The notes beneath the pieces were generated by a model that worked only from the letters and a program-made list of their open reading frames with translations, had not been told where the DNA came from and searched no databases. Both the position numbers and the translations under genes were made by a program. A stretch of 64,000 bases of DNA from Tubiluchus corallicola (taxonomy: Eukaryota > Animalia > Priapulida): positions 15,580 through 79,579 of the forward strand of contig JAQGDQ010000932.1 in assembly GCA_030141605.1 (NCBI GenBank), written 5' to 3'. Below, piece by piece: positions 1-14,400 of the stretch (its first letter is position 1; each line of letters starts with the position of its first letter).

Positions 1-750
1 GTGGGGGGGGGGGAGCACTATAAACAGCTTTTAAATTCTGCAAATAACAGTGACCTTGCATCAAAATTAGACTTGCAAGTTAAGTAGTAATCTAGGTACT
101 GTGAGTTCTTTCACTGTGAGAGAAGTGCAAGAGGCCATTTCAAAACTACCTCTGCACAAATCGGCTGGAAAAGATGCAATTAAATCGGAGCACTTTAGGT
201 ACGCTTCACATAAGCTGCCAATGGTATTATCGCTTTTATATAGCGTTTGTATCATACATCGTTTTTTGTCTGATTCTCTAATGTTGTCGGTCATTGTACC
301 GATTGTGAAAGACAAAAATGAGGAAATTATAGCCAAGAATAATTATAGGCCAGTAGCACTATCCACAGTGTCGAGCAAACTATTAGAAATTTTATTTTTA
401 AGCAGATACGGTAACTCAATTCAATCAACACCAAATCAGTTTGGTTACGTGAATGAACTGGCTACCGAAATGTGTTTGTATACCATGAAAGAAATTATTG
501 ACTATTATATTCAACGCCAGAGTCCAGTACACATATTATTCTTAGATGCATCTAAAGCTTTTGACCATGTAAATTACTACAAAATCTTTCTAAAACTGGT
601 CGATACTGATATGCTTTACATTATTATAAGATTATTAATCTTTTACTACTCTCGACAAACTATGCTTGTGAGGTGGGGAAATCTTTGCTCTAGCACATTT
701 AAAGTCGCAAATGGTGTTTGGCAAGATGGAAAAATGTCACCCATACTACT
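1..750 (+). mobile_element. Non-LTR retrotransposon (L2/CR1-group) reverse transcriptase fragment, truncated
   Basis: KSAGKD, IVPIVKDK, NYRPVALS, NQFG, FLDASKAFD, GVWQDGKMSP (degenerate GVRQGGILSP). It breaks off into a microsatellite before the YADD motif. Confidence 0.88.
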
Positions 751-1265
751 GATGGTAGTTCTTGTCATTGTCATTGATGATGATGTTGATGTTGCTGTTG
801 CTGCTGCCACTTTTGTTGTTATTGTCATCAATGTTGCCGTGGTTGTCGCTGTAGCAGCAGCAGCAGCAGCAGTAGTTGTTGTTGTTGCTGTTGTTGTTGT
901 TGTTGTTTTGTTGTTGTTGTTGTTGTTGCTGACTGATGCTGTGATCCTGGTGGTTTTTGTTGTAGTTGTGATTATTGTTGCTACTGCTGCTGTTCTTATA
1001 GCATGTGGTACTGTTGTTGCCCTTGATGCTTCTGGTGTTCTTGTCATTGTCATTATTGACGATGTTGTTGCTGTTGCTGTTGCTGTTGCTGGTGATGTTG
1101 TTGTTTTAACTGCAGTTATTGTCGTTTCTGTTGTTGATGATGGTGTTGCGGCTGCTGTTGCTGTTGTTTTTGACGTTGTTGTTGTTGTAGATGTCACTGT
1201 TGTAGTTGTTGCTTTTCCTGTCGCACTTCCTGCTGCTGTAGTCGTTGCTGGTACTGCTACTCTTG
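751..1265. repeat. Degenerate (GTT/GCT)n trinucleotide microsatellite
   Basis: Directly visible; produces the poly-V/A and poly-T ORFs. Confidence 0.9.
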
Positions 1266-1404
1266 CACTGTTACAGTTGTGGATCAATGAACAATGATAA
1301 AAATTAGGGTTACTGAGAATTTTTTTCTAAAATTGTCTTTTACTTGGTTAGTTTCCTGTACTGCTTTTCCTTAGCCAACTTATATTAATAGAATAATCGC
1401 TCCC

Positions 1405-1552
1405 TTGCTCTCTCTCTCTCTCTCTCTGTCTCTCTCCCTCTTTTTTGCTCTCTCTCTCTCTCTTGCTTTCTCTCTTTCTCTCTCCCCTCTCTCTCTCTCT
1501 TCCTCTTCTTCACTCTCTCTTTCTCTTGCTTTCTCTGTCCTCTCTCTCTCTT

Positions 1553-1608
<56 letters not shown>

Positions 1609-2110
1609 TTGTCTCTCTCCTCCCCCCTCTCTCTCTCTCGCTCTCTCTCTCCCCTCTCTCTCTCTCGCTCTCTCTCTCTTGCTCTCTCTCCTCTCTCTTT
1701 TTCTTTCTCTCTCACTCTCTGTTTCTCTCTCTCTCGCCCAACTGGAAACAGATTACGTTTCTCTCTACCTTTCTCTCTCTTGCTCTCTTTCTCTCTCACT
1801 CTCTTGCTTCCTCTCTTTCTCTTTCTCTCTGTTTCTCTCTCTCTCTCTCTCTCTGTCACTCTCTCTCTCGCTCTCTCCCTCTTTTTCGCTCTCTGTCCCT
1901 ATCTCTCGCTCTCTCCCTCTTTTTCGCTCTCTCTCTGTTTCTCTCACTCTCTCCCCCCTCTCTCTCTTGTTTTCTCTCTCCTCTCTCTCGCTCACGTGCT
2001 CTCTCTCTCTCTCTCCTTCTTTTTCACTCTCTCTCTTGCTTTCTCTCTCTTTTTCTCTCTCTTTGAGTCTTTCTGTCTCTCTCGATTCTCTTTCTCTCTC
2101 TCTGCCTCTT
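1405..2110. repeat. Imperfect (CT)n microsatellite
   Basis: Directly visible. Confidence 0.95.
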
Positions 2111-2499
2111 TTTAAAAATTACTCATAATACTGCCTACCTACAACTGCGTTCAATCCTCTTAATATTTAAAATAAATCAATACTATAGTTCATAATGTGT
2201 CTGTTAATTAAAATATCACTCACCCAAGCGGTAGTCAGTGCAAAAGAAATCCGCAAAAACAAAAAAGAAAGAAAACACACACACAGGTATATATGAACAA
2301 TAAAATAAAATAAATTAAAATAATGATAATAAAAATTGCAGATCTATTGCTTTGCTTCGCATTCGAGTTTACACGCTGAAAATATAAACCAGAATGACGC
2401 TGCTTTGCGCAAGGCCTTCCAAACTCGCGTAGTCTTGGAAACGCAAACGCTAGTCTTGAAAACAATGGGCGATTGTCATCGTACTTCCCAACCTTACAT

Positions 2500-3010
2500 A
2501 GAGTTTAGTTTAAACACAATTTATTTAGGATTCGATCAGACTGTTTGTACAACATGATTTAGGATCCTCGCCACAACAGACTTTATACACTATTTACAAG
2601 AACATCTACAGTAAGAATAGACTATAACTACACAAGCTGACAAGTTTTACTACAGGGTTACATTAGACATTAGTAGAAAATGACGGTTAGAAAGAATTAA
2701 TGTACGAATATTTAAGACATGCATTTTATATCAGATAGAAACTACTGGAAGCGTTTAGTACGTAATATGAAGTCATGTATACATTGGAATATTTTACAGG
2801 CAGCAACATAGTTAAATTCATCTTTTCCGAGTAATAACAACCTCAGCAGATCATTATTTCCTAAGGCAGCTATATTAAGGTTTTCGGGCAGAAGTATTTT
2901 ATTTAATTTATCAAACATAACTACCCTAGCATACCTTACATATATTATGCTATGAAAAATTTGAAAACTTGCCACTATTCACACAGTTACTCTTTTTGCG
3001 AAAATATGTA
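2500..3010 (-). mobile_element. Degenerate LINE ORF2 C-terminus / 3' tail
   Basis: Minus ORF ends LLLLGKDEFN..KIFQCIHDFILRTKRF*, typical of invertebrate LINE ORF2 ends (recall). Confidence 0.55.
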
Positions 3011-3059
3011 TCCAGTGCATGCTAAAAGTTTTTGCAAGTATGCAAGTATTCATTAAACA

Positions 3060-3384
<325 letters not shown>

Positions 3385-3587
3385 CCAACTGGAAACACAT
3401 TACGTTTGCCGCCAAAACTTACTGTGGCAAAGTAAATATGATGCCAAGCAAGCACACAAATGATGTAACGACAAAATCTAATGGCAGAATACTGCATAAA
3501 ACTAATGTGGGAATGAAATGAAATTACAAAACTTGAAATTACGAAACGTGCCCATGCATATGATAATCCAAAACGTTATTTTAACAT

Positions 3588-3933
3588 TGTTGTTGGCATC
3601 CTTCTGCCTCAGAAGACAATGGAGTGTGCGCCGAGAGAGTCAGTTATTGATCAATTGATGGAGCCGCAGCGTCGACTGTGGCTGAGCAGTGCGATCCTTG
3701 AACCATTGGAGTGGCCTCTCCATGGCGCACACGCCTGGGCAAGGTGTACGTAGATCCTCCGCTCTCTAGCCGTTGGCTGTTTGTGCAGCTCCTCTGCCTA
3801 GTGTCGAGATACATTGTGGGCATCCCCCAGGCCCACAGCACCTGGTCACCCATCCAAGCACTAACCAAGCTCTACGTTGCTTAATTTAGGAGATCAGACG
3901 AGAACCAGTGTTTTCAATGTGATATGGCCGTAG
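3588..3933 (-). mobile_element. 5S rRNA-derived SINE (SINE3-type), internally deleted copy
   Basis: The reverse complement begins with 5S-like CTACGGCCATATCACATTGAAAACAC..GATC..TTAAGC..GTTAGTGCTTGGATGGGTGACC and shares body and (CAA) tail with 21471-22030. Flanked by direct repeat ATTTTAACAT (3578-3587 / 3934-3943). Confidence 0.85.
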
Positions 3934-5294
3934 ATTTTAACATCGTGCCCTTTAAAAATATGGGCAAACAGATCACGAAGTTGAGAAGTACAGTTACGAA
4001 AAGAAAATCCAACTGTAAGAAAAGTGCACACTACACCTCTTGAGCTTCTACTGAATAATGAAAAAATGCTCGTTTAAAGGAGTCAAGATTGAGAAAATAC
4101 TCGCACTAGATTTATTTTATTAACAGAAGGATTATCTAGAGTTTCAACGGAAGATGTGACTGTAACCACAGTGAAAAACAAATTGTTGAACATCTGTTTT
4201 TGCTGCTGCTTGGCAAACGAACCGTTGTTTATTGAACCGTAGAACCGAATACAAAAGACTGTTTACACTAGAAGCAAAAAAAGAAACATAATACAATAAT
4301 GCAATTAAGGCACTTCTATAAAAATTGATTCTAGAATGGCCCAGAAAATCTTTGAACGCGGATCAGAAAAGCATGTAAAATTTTATAAACGCTCATCAAC
4401 ATGTTCAGTCGTTCACTTGTTGTTATTGATAATGTAGCTAATGCGTGCTTGTCAGGCCAGACCTGTAGTGTCCAGACAGGCACGAACATTGGCCTCGATG
4501 ATTATTAGTTGATTAAAGCCCAGGTACCACTGTGAAAATAAGCAATTTTTTCCTTTATTAAGTTACCTCAGGGTAACTTGTATTTTAATAAATTTATCTA
4601 AATACTGTAGATTAGAAAAGAACAGACTCAGTTACTTTGATAGTGATGGCTTGCAAAAAAATCTTATGTTAGAAATATAGGACACGGGAGGTTTCCCGTA
4701 TTGTAAGCCAGTAGAACTAGAAACAGAAACGAAGTAAAATTGTGTGTTCTCATTATTCGCTATATTATAAAGCAAGTAGCTATTGTTCTTTAAAATAGGA
4801 GCATTCCTTAATAAAAGCCAGCTTTATTTATAATCTGTTCATCATCATTAGCGATTGTTCGGATGTTTTCAATCTGTTTTTCAACGTTTATTTTCGGGCC
4901 CTCTCTTAACAAATTTTAAACCTGGAATATTATCGGAAGTAGGTTGCGATAATTTTTTGACGTAGTTTTTTTAAAACTAATATGCACGCATAATTTTTGT
5001 GGATCGTCATGGCTTTTATGCTAAATTTATTGAGAAAACCTATTATTAATATTATGCATGACCAACCAGTTTCCATCATTCTATTTCTATGCAAGACATG
5101 CAGTGGTTGAAAAGCATCTGTGATAATTGGACGGTTTCTTCACAAGCATTTAATTCCCTGGTATTGGTTGTGTGTGCCACAGCTTAACGCACATTTATAC
5201 GTATGTGTTGACACACTCACAGCACCACAAGTTTGCATTCAGCATTCTTCAGCAAGGCCTATTCATTGGCTGTGGCGAGACCAGACCCTGGTTG

Positions 5295-6019
5295 GGCGCT
5301 ATTACACTTTCGCACCGCCTAGCTTTTTCTAGGCTCGTACATCATTATTCTATTATTCTTACGTCATCAGTGAATGTTTCCGCTAATCTAATTGTAATTT
5401 AATCATATATTTAGGTATAATTACCAATAATTACGCTGTATTCGCAGTTCTACACCTATACAGGTCGTGTCGCCATCTTGTTTGTGTGTGTAGTCACGTG
5501 ACGAATTTCGTACTAGTTGATGCATTATCAGGGCCTAGCTTAAAAGCACGTGACACACTTTCATCTTCACCGCATTTACGAAATAAAGAAAAAACCTTTA
5601 CTTTTTTTATAATCTAATAGTAATAATACTACAGTAATAAATAAAATTAATGATAAATAACTGTTCCGTTCCAGGCCCACCCGTGATACGATACAAACTC
5701 CCGTAGCTGCAACCCTAATAATCATAAAGTATGCGAAGAAACTAAAAATACTTGTTAAGGGCCACATCGTCACTGCGCGAGAGCGATTGCGCATTAGTGG
5801 TGTAAACACGGTTATTCACGTGGAGCTTTTTGCGTAATGGCGGCGGTAAGTAATGTATGATTTTAACCTGATTTTAATCTGGAATTATAAAGCCTAAAAA
5901 CCTATAATATTATGGGAATATGGTGTATATTACGCCTGTTGGTCTGCTTTCTGGCCTGCAGGCGTGAAAACAACGAATAGGCCAGGAAAAGCTAGGCGGT
6001 GCGAAAGTGTAATAGCGCC
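5295..6019. mobile_element. MITE with ~32-bp TIR (GGCGCTATTACACTTTCGCACCGCCTAGCTTT) and 9-bp TSD CCCTGGTTG; Merlin/MULE-like
   Basis: TIRs and TSD read directly; second near-identical copy at 29192-29927. Confidence 0.88.
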
Positions 6020-6382
6020 CCCTGGTTGTTTATGAAGAATGGGCTATGATGAGCAACTGAACTGACAGAGGTGGCTCGTATATACGTCTTTGGTGAATGA
6101 AGTCATCTAGATTGAATATCGAATCCAGGCTTGGCTTTTTATCCAGCCCAGATGTTGTCTCAAGCGCAATATGCAGACACACTTTTTTAGGATAAGAATT
6201 GTGATGACAGATTATTTCTTTTTTGAAAGTGTCAGGAAAGGTGTTGCATTGTTTTCGCCTTGTCCCTATTGGTCTTGGGGACTGAAAAGGTATCTATTCT
6301 CAGTGAGCTTAATCATTTCAAATTAACATCTTTGACTTGCGTTACCATATGAAATTAACTAGCTATTCGCTTCATATACATT

Positions 6383-7053
6383 TGTGTGCTTGCAAACCAA
6401 AATCATCCATAAATCAGCATAGTTAAAACTACATTATTATGGTTCAAAGCTGAATGTACCAAAATTTTTGTCAAATGTCAATTTTTAAAAACAAACACAA
6501 AACTAAAACAATTTTTTATAAAAACAGACACTAAATATATTTAACTTTTATATTCTGGCATCAAATTATCAAGAAAATGTCCAAAAAATACTAAAAATTT
6601 AATTTTATAACTCTGTGACCACTTTTCTGACTAGAAACTAGTACTGCAATTGTAAAAAAACTTGTATTTTCAAACTCCAATAGTAGCTCGTGGAAGCAGT
6701 CATTTTTCTTCTATTTTTTATGTTAACAAGCCCAAATCTTCACCAGGAAGAGCCATCTACTGGATTTAAGCAAAACTTCAATGCATTCTTGCAAAGTCCG
6801 TAGCAACCATCATTTGTGCGGTTGCTAAGTGTTTTGTAGAAACACAACAATGGCTGACTTTAACATCGACTTTCTTAAGATTATATTTCAGTGTGCAGCC
6901 TGCACCTCAACTTCAACGTTGATTATCTCAGCTTAGAAATAACATAGAGCAATGAATTTGGTATCAAAATGATCCTCATGAAATGGAGATTCTGTGAATA
7001 ACTAGAAAAGCTTAATTGCCAACTTGCCGACGATTTTGCTATGCAAGCATATA
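6383..7053 (+). mobile_element. Unclassified MITE family A (termini TGTGTGCTTGC..GCAAGCACACA)
   Basis: Imperfect TIRs; homologous copies at 12842-13448 (inverted), 34796-35150 (partial), 48618-48653 (end only) and 49660-50287. Confidence 0.8.
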
Positions 7054-7681
7054 TGAAGTTAACTAGCTATATGCTTTAAATATTTATACGTTATTAAATG
7101 TCGGATAAAATTAAGTACATTGAAAATAATATACATTTATATATGTGGCGTAAAAAAATGTACAGATGTTCTGATCACGACTTTATCAGAAAAAAATAAC
7201 AGAATTCCAAACTAATTTGAAAATTCCTAAACTGATGTTAAAAATGCTTACATTTTAGGTCACTCCCTTATATTTTTCCAAAGATACGGTAGTTTTTAGA
7301 TAGCAAGTCAAAAAATTAAATGCCAAAAAAAATTTTCGTGCGTCACTAAATTTACAACAAATGCTCAATGCATCCACCATTTTCACTACAAACTATATAA
7401 AGGCATTTCTTCCATCAGTTGACATAGTTTCTCACTTCTGTAAGGGGTACTTGGTCTCAGCACTCTATTGCCTTTATTTGTTTTGCACCAAAGGTCAGTG
7501 TGTGACCATCGTATACTTTCTCTCTAAAGAAATTCCAGACGCCATAATCCAGAGAATTAATCCTTTCAGTAGTTGCTTTTTAACAGGGCCGCATTGTTTT
7601 TTGCACATTGGATAATAATTCCTTGTGGTGTGTTACTGAAACAGAATCTTGTAAATAAACAAATAGTCAATTTTTATTCTT

Positions 7682-8013
7682 GTGAATGAGTCTTCTCCAC
7701 GCATTCCTGTTGTTGACCATCTCTTCATTTATGTCTTCAATTCCCACAAGATCTTCACCGACTCTTCTTTTCAGGTGTCCATACCATCGCAATCTTGCGA
7801 GGCTTCCACTACTTTTACTGTTCCTCTGATATTATTATTTCTAATTTTATCTCTTCTTGTTATTCCCACCATTCATCTCAACGTCCTCATCTCCACCACA
7901 CCCATTTTCTTCTCTTCGGTCGTCTTTAGAGAAGCTGCTTCCAGCCCATAGATTAGAGCGGGTCTGACCACTTCTTTGTGGACTTTCCCTTTATGTCTCA
8001 CCGACTCATTCAT
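7682..8013 (-). mobile_element. RTE-clade LINE 3' fragment
   Basis: Near-identical inverted copy of 17689-18020 (KGKVHKEVVRPALIYG..EMRMLRW..RRDKIRN). Confidence 0.85.
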
Positions 8014-8112
8014 AGAAGGTTCTGTCATAGTCATTTGTTATTAAACACTAATATTGAATATTAGTTTTATATATACACATGCACACAGATGCATGCACAC
8101 ATTAAATATACA

Positions 8113-8153
<41 letters not shown>

Positions 8154-8281
8154 ACTCAGTTTTTATCGTAACGTTAGTCTTGTGATATGTATCATATCGT
8201 GACTTAGGTACATTCTTACAGCCCCAGTTACTGGTTTGCTATAGAAATCTCTATTCAGCAGAAGCATTATGTCTGTAGGTA

Positions 8282-8467
8282 ATGGTGATCAGTTTTAACA
8301 TGGAAGACGGCGAAATTGACGTTGAAGATATCTCTTCCTCGGTACGGCGTCTCCACGACGAAATCAGTAGCTTAAAGGCGGATTTGTCGTTTGCGCAAGA
8401 AAAGCTGAACGACTATCAGCGCTTGTACGACGAGGCAAACATTCGTAATGACGGTTTACAGCAGCAG
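8282..8467 (+). CDS. AGGF1: AGGF1 coding exon 1 (coiled coil)
   Basis: ATG at 8282, heptad-like VRRLHDEISSLKADLSFAQEKL, donor CAG|GTATCG in phase 0. Confidence 0.8.
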
Positions 8468-11400
8468 GTATCGTAGATTCTGAGTTTAAAACAAAAGCCA
8501 AGTCACTCGGAAAGTTGAGCTTATTTTAATATCTGGGAAAAACGTTAGAAAGTTTTAGGAATAAAATAAACGATAAATGCCTTATGTAATTAGCAAAATC
8601 AGTAATTTAAAGTCGTCACTTTACGCTTGGTCGCACCCATTTTAGACGGAAAATGGCCTCATCCGGTTTCCGTGCAATATAAACACTTATCCCGCCAGGT
8701 GCTTCAGAATGTTTTTTAACTTATAGAGCGAACTCTGTAGACTAAGTAACCAGCCCGGCACCTACTACGTGCTGGCAAGTTTACATGTATATTTAAAAGT
8801 CAACAAAATTATTTACACAATTAATGTTAATTACTTACACATTTTAAGGTGTAATCCTGTAGATCAAAGCAACGTAACCACCTTAAATTTGATCATATTT
8901 GATCGAATAACTAATTTCTAGATAAACTCAGTTAAACACAACATTAGAATAACGGAATTTCTAAGCAAACTGTAGACATTTTTAAACGCATACCTTCATA
9001 CAGGTTGCCTTCACGGCATTCCCGCTGCCCAGCAGACGCCAGCTTAAGTCAGTTCATTTTGGCGGGAGATAAGAAATATTTAATATTTAAATTTCTTTTA
9101 CTGTTTTAAAAGAGCATTCTCTGCACATATATTTTGGGATGATTTTAATAATTTTAATTGTACATTAAAATGCAGTAAAAGTTCCTCAAGGGTTGGTTCT
9201 GCCTCTAAAGTCTGTAAAAAAAACTTTTCTTAGCTTGAAATGGGGAAACGAAATTATGCTGCATATGACGGCATTAAACTGCTTGTGGTTTGTTAGGTGG
9301 AGAGACTTCAGAAGGAATTAAAGTGCCACAAGTCTCTTCCTGTAAGTACCAAAGATGTAGCTATACAGAATGAAGATCACGAACAGGAACAACCGACATC
9401 GGAAGCTTCAGATGAACCAGTTCTTAATAATTCATACTGGAGTCAGGCAATTGGCGAAACAGTAAGTTTTTATTTAAATTTTGTAGTAATGCTTTATGCT
9501 TTAGGCTGGCTACAAAAAAATATTTTTGTCTTACCTCATGAGCTCAAAAGATATCCGTAAGAAGGGAGGAATTTTTTAAATTTTTTTTTCAAAGCTGTGT
9601 GAATGTTTAAAGCTAAGTCGTGAAATATTTAAAATCAGTTGAAATCAAAGTTGGTTTATTTCCCCCTGTGTAGCAGTAATGTTTTCAATTTTTTCAGTAC
9701 CCCATTTCCTGATTCGTTTTTTAGTTTCGCATTACTAAGTTATCGTATAATTATTCTATAGCTTCTTTTTTGTATGCTGAATGTATGTGTTACTAATTAT
9801 GTTATAGGCGGCAACACTGCTTGGTCATTAGTACTCCAGCTTGGCGAAAAATTCGATATTTTTAAGCCTCCAATGCAATGAGCATATTACAAAACGGCAA
9901 CCCTGGCTGAGAGTTACACGTGGAAAAACATGGCCGTGTGTTGCGTTCCACGGAAGAACGACGTTTTAATGATTATTACATTTTTTTTCACATTCATTTT
10001 AGGTATCAATAGCTGAGAGTCTTAAAGCCACAGCTGAAGCGGCTGTACTACAGTCTGGTTACGTTTACGATGAGAATTCCGGGTTGTATTATGATTATAA
10101 CACTGGATGCTATTACGACTCGGTAAGATTGCTCATGTGCATTTTTCCCTGTAGTATTCCATTTTTGCATAAAACCAACTGAGTTTATGCTGTTAGGTTA
10201 CTGGTTTTCTCATCATTTAAAGGAAAATAGTACGATTTTTCGTATCACATCCCCTCTTGAAGTACAGTAATAAATATACGTTTTAACGCCCATAATACTG
10301 CCATTGAAAGATTTGCAATAATTAAATAATAGGTTAAAAGCTTAATTAACGTCCGGTAAGTCCAATTGTTGATGACATCACAACTGAACATAATTTTCAA
10401 TTGCACAAATATTCCACGAGTGTGTTGCACGTGTTTGTGAAAGAGAAAATTGAAGTACAGTGCTACTGTAAGATATTCAGTGTGTTGTACTAAAACTAGG
10501 CAAGTTTTAAGATAAAAAATCAAATTTCAAATTTACCACTGTGCTCACGCATGTGCTGTCGAATGTGTGTAGTTCATCACAAACTAACACATCTGAACTG
10601 AGAGGTACAGCACCCGTTTTTGTGCAGTGCATTTCCGACAGGTACAGCACAAACATTCCACGAGCGTGTTGTGCACTTGAACTTGCAAAAGTGGAAATTG
10701 AAGCTCAGCGCGACTGTACATGATTCAGTGTGATATAAAAAAACTCTGCGAATTTAAAATTGAAATATTGAGTTTTTGATCCTCTCTTCATATTTGAAAT
10801 TCTGCAAGATAACTCAATTTTTGCTACACGAGGCGAATTTCTTTTCGATGTTATTGAACAACAAGCGAGAACAGAAACAATAACTTTCGCTATACTTTAG
10901 GAGAGAGCCTTGTATTACGATCCAAGGACTGGCGCTTATTATACTTACGATCAGAGCGGGCAGACGTACCTTTTCCACTCGCAAGTTCAGCTTCCTTCTT
11001 ACTCGACTGTGAGTGAATCTACCTACTCGCATCATCAACGCGATGCAGAGTCACGAAATCCCGTTACTGCAAAGAAGACGAAAAGTGTGCATTCGGATGA
11101 GGTACGTTACTGAATTACACAAGTCTTACTGGTCATTTTTATCGTATATATTAATTTTGCTGGTATGGGCTTTATATACATATATAAGATTCGAGGCTAC
11201 AGCTCCGACGGTGGCACCATTTGCGGCGATCTATACATCAGACGAAAGGTCTCGATCTAGTGTCATGCCATTGGGGGATTTTTTTCGAATCGGGCTCACC
11301 GGGACGAACAGCGTGGCCAAAAACCTCCAAAAATGGCCATTTTTCGGCCGTTTTTTTGCAAAACTTATACCTCTTATTTCTGGAGAACCGGAATGGGCCA

Positions 11401-14400
11401 TGGGTGGTGCTGGCCAAGGATAGATAGCCCGTTCAGCGGTGGGTGTAGCAGCAGGCGTATTTAGAATTCACGAAAGGGCCATGGCGTCATGCAACGGGCA
11501 TTTTCCCGAACCCAACTCGCGATTTTTTTCGAGACTTTGCTCACATTGGCTCTAGAAAAAACGTTCTAGCGGCGCCTGGCGGGACTCTCGGAAGAAGATA
11601 TATAGCTTTTTAGAAAGAGGAAGAACAGGGCTACACGACGATGTGGGCTACATTTTAGGGCAGGTCCACCTAGAGGAGTGCCGATGAATTAATTAGATGT
11701 TCTATTTTTGGCAATTTTCGCTTGGAAAACTGCTGACGCAAAGCCATTGTTCTGACGTCATCCATTATACGCTGTCTATAATCTTATAACTTTAATTCGG
11801 CAAAAGCTGCTGCTGCTGGCACTGCGTTATGAGGACTATGTAGGATGTTCGCGTATTATTGATTATAAGTGTATTTATATGCAAAATTTTTGCGGGGGCT
11901 TTGCTAGTCTTTATTATTACGATGCATTTTTCCGCTCGTCTAGTAAGCTTACTACTACACACATAAAACTTGAAGTGGGATGAATAGCTGAGTGGTCATG
12001 TGTATATGCTTCATGACAGCTTGACTTCAGTACTTGCTGTGGGTGGGTTCATTTGTCATACTGACTCTGCTTTGCCGAGGAACAGTGTGTATGCATCCAG
12101 CCTGCTTAAGACTCTTCTGCTGGTTCAGTGGCTCATCATTGCAATATAGCTTTGATATTGCACAAGGTTCCAGTACTTCCACAACCATTCCATTGAACGA
12201 TAGACACTGGCTTGCTGTGTGATGAGTTGCATAAAAAATGTAATTTGACGAGTGCCATCTAGTTGAATAGTATTATTACAGGTTGTTGTCAACTTCAATT
12301 AGGGGTGAGTATTCTCTACCACAAAACGAATTCGAACTGAGTTTAAAAAGATTTTTGAACAAGTTTTTGAGCCACCAGTACGAAGATCATGCATATTGCC
12401 CGATTTTGCTCCGTCACTAATAATTTGCCTGAAAATTGTGCCCAGAAATCGCAACTTAATTGTGCTAATTGCGTGATGTTTCAAACGTTTTGATGATAAA
12501 GAACATATGCGGTTAAAGTGCTGAATAATTCGAATCCATAATTTTAGGTTAGAATCGAATTCGAACGTTCGATGCTCACCCCTGCTTACAACCTACGCAA
12601 CTTGCGACTGTTTGACTTTGCGACCTGATCACCACTCAATTAATTACTTATTCGAAACCAACTATAATTCATATTTGCTTCTGTTTTTTCAAACAAATTA
12701 AGTTTAAATCTTCGTCTTGCGTGTAGAGGCACACCACTTGAATATACATTGTGTCCTTTTCTCTTACAATCAAGTCGCTAGAGCCGATTGTGGTTTGAAG
12801 TTGACGACTAACGACAATCTATATTTCCTTTTTTTGTCAATTGTGTGCTTGCACAGCAAAATCGTCCTTAAGTCATCAATTAAGCTTTTCTAGTTATTCA
12901 CATATTCTGAATCTCTATTTCATGAGGATCATTTTCATACCAAGTTCATCACTCTATGTTATTTCTAAGCTGAGATAATCCATGTTGAAGTTGAGGTGCA
13001 TGGTAGGCCCTGAAAAACATAATCTTGTGGAAATCACTGTTAAAGTCAGCCATTGTTTTTTGTTGCGTCTCTACAAGATACTTAGCAACCGCATGAAAGT
13101 GTGGTTGCTGCGGATTTTACAGGAGCAAATTGAAGTTACTTTGAAATCCAGTAGATGGCTCTTCCTCGCGAAAATCTGGTCTCGTCAAGAGAAAAAACGG
13201 AAGGAAAATGGCTGTTTCCACGAGCTACAATCGGAGTTAGAAAATACAAGTTTTTTTACAATTGCATTACTAGTTTCTAGACAGAGAAGTGGGTAAAGAG
13301 TCATAAAACTAGATTATCAATATAGTTTTATAAAAAAAAATATAAAAAATCGACATTTTACCAAATATTTGGTGCTTTGTACTTTGAAGCATCTTAACTT
13401 AGTTTCAACTATGCCGACTTATGGACAGTTTTGGTTTGCAAGCACACAATTGGTTTTTTGACTTTCACATCATCCCACTTTTCAATTGTCTATCGTGTGT
13501 GTAGTGACTAAATGTTTATGCTAGTTTATTTTTGGGGGGTCTTTATTACACTGAATCGCATACAACTAAATCGCTGCATTTATTTATTAGGCAACGTTGA
13601 GCGATATTACGGGGAATTTAAGGAAGCTGTCTCTGCAACACGCTGCTCGGGGTAGGGATTTTTCACGTTTAGATGTACTACGACAGAAAGAGTGTGTCAA
13701 AACTTCTGATCATTGTTTATTGGGTGTCTCAAGAATTTTACAGCTAAGTTTTAGCTGATTCAGCAATTTTACAGCTAAATTTTAGCTGATTCAGTAATTT
13801 TACTGCTAAATTTTAGCTGATTCAGTAATTTTACGGCTAGATTTTAGCTGATTCAGTAATTTTACGTCTAAATTTTAGCAGATTCAGTAATTTTACAGCT
13901 AAATTTTAGCTGATTCAGTAATTTTACTCCTAAATTTAGGCTGATTCAGTAATTTTACGGCTAAATTTTAGCTGATTCAGTAATTTTACGGCTAAATTTT
14001 AGCAGATTCAGTAATTTTACAGCTAAATTTTAGCTGATTCAGTAATTTTACGGCTAAATTTTAGCTGATTCAGTAATTTTACGGCTAAATTTTAGCAGAT
14101 TCAGTAATTTTACGGCTAAATTTTAGCTGATTTAGGAATTTTACGGCTAAATTTTAGCTGATTTAGGAATTTTACGGCTAAATTTGAGCAGATTCAGTAA
14201 TTTTACAGCTAAATTTTAGCAGATTCAATACTTTTACAGCTAAATTTTAGCTGATTCAGTAATTTTACAGCTAAATTTTAGCTGATTTAGGAATTTTGAC
14301 ACAGATTTTCTTCGATAATGATGCTTAGATGCGGATGTCGGTTATCCAGTGCGTGTTGTCTTTCCAAAGACCACATTTCATCCTAGCGGAAAATCAATTT

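Noticed and set aside
101-1297. 398-aa ORF as an RT-transmembrane fusion protein
   Set aside because: The hydrophobic half is a stop-free (GTT/GCT)n microsatellite and the RT lacks YADD; this is a truncated LINE.
5837-5845. ATG GCG GCG|GTAAGT as a bona fide AGGF1 first coding exon
   Set aside because: It lies inside a multi-copy MITE; kept only as an exaptation hypothesis.
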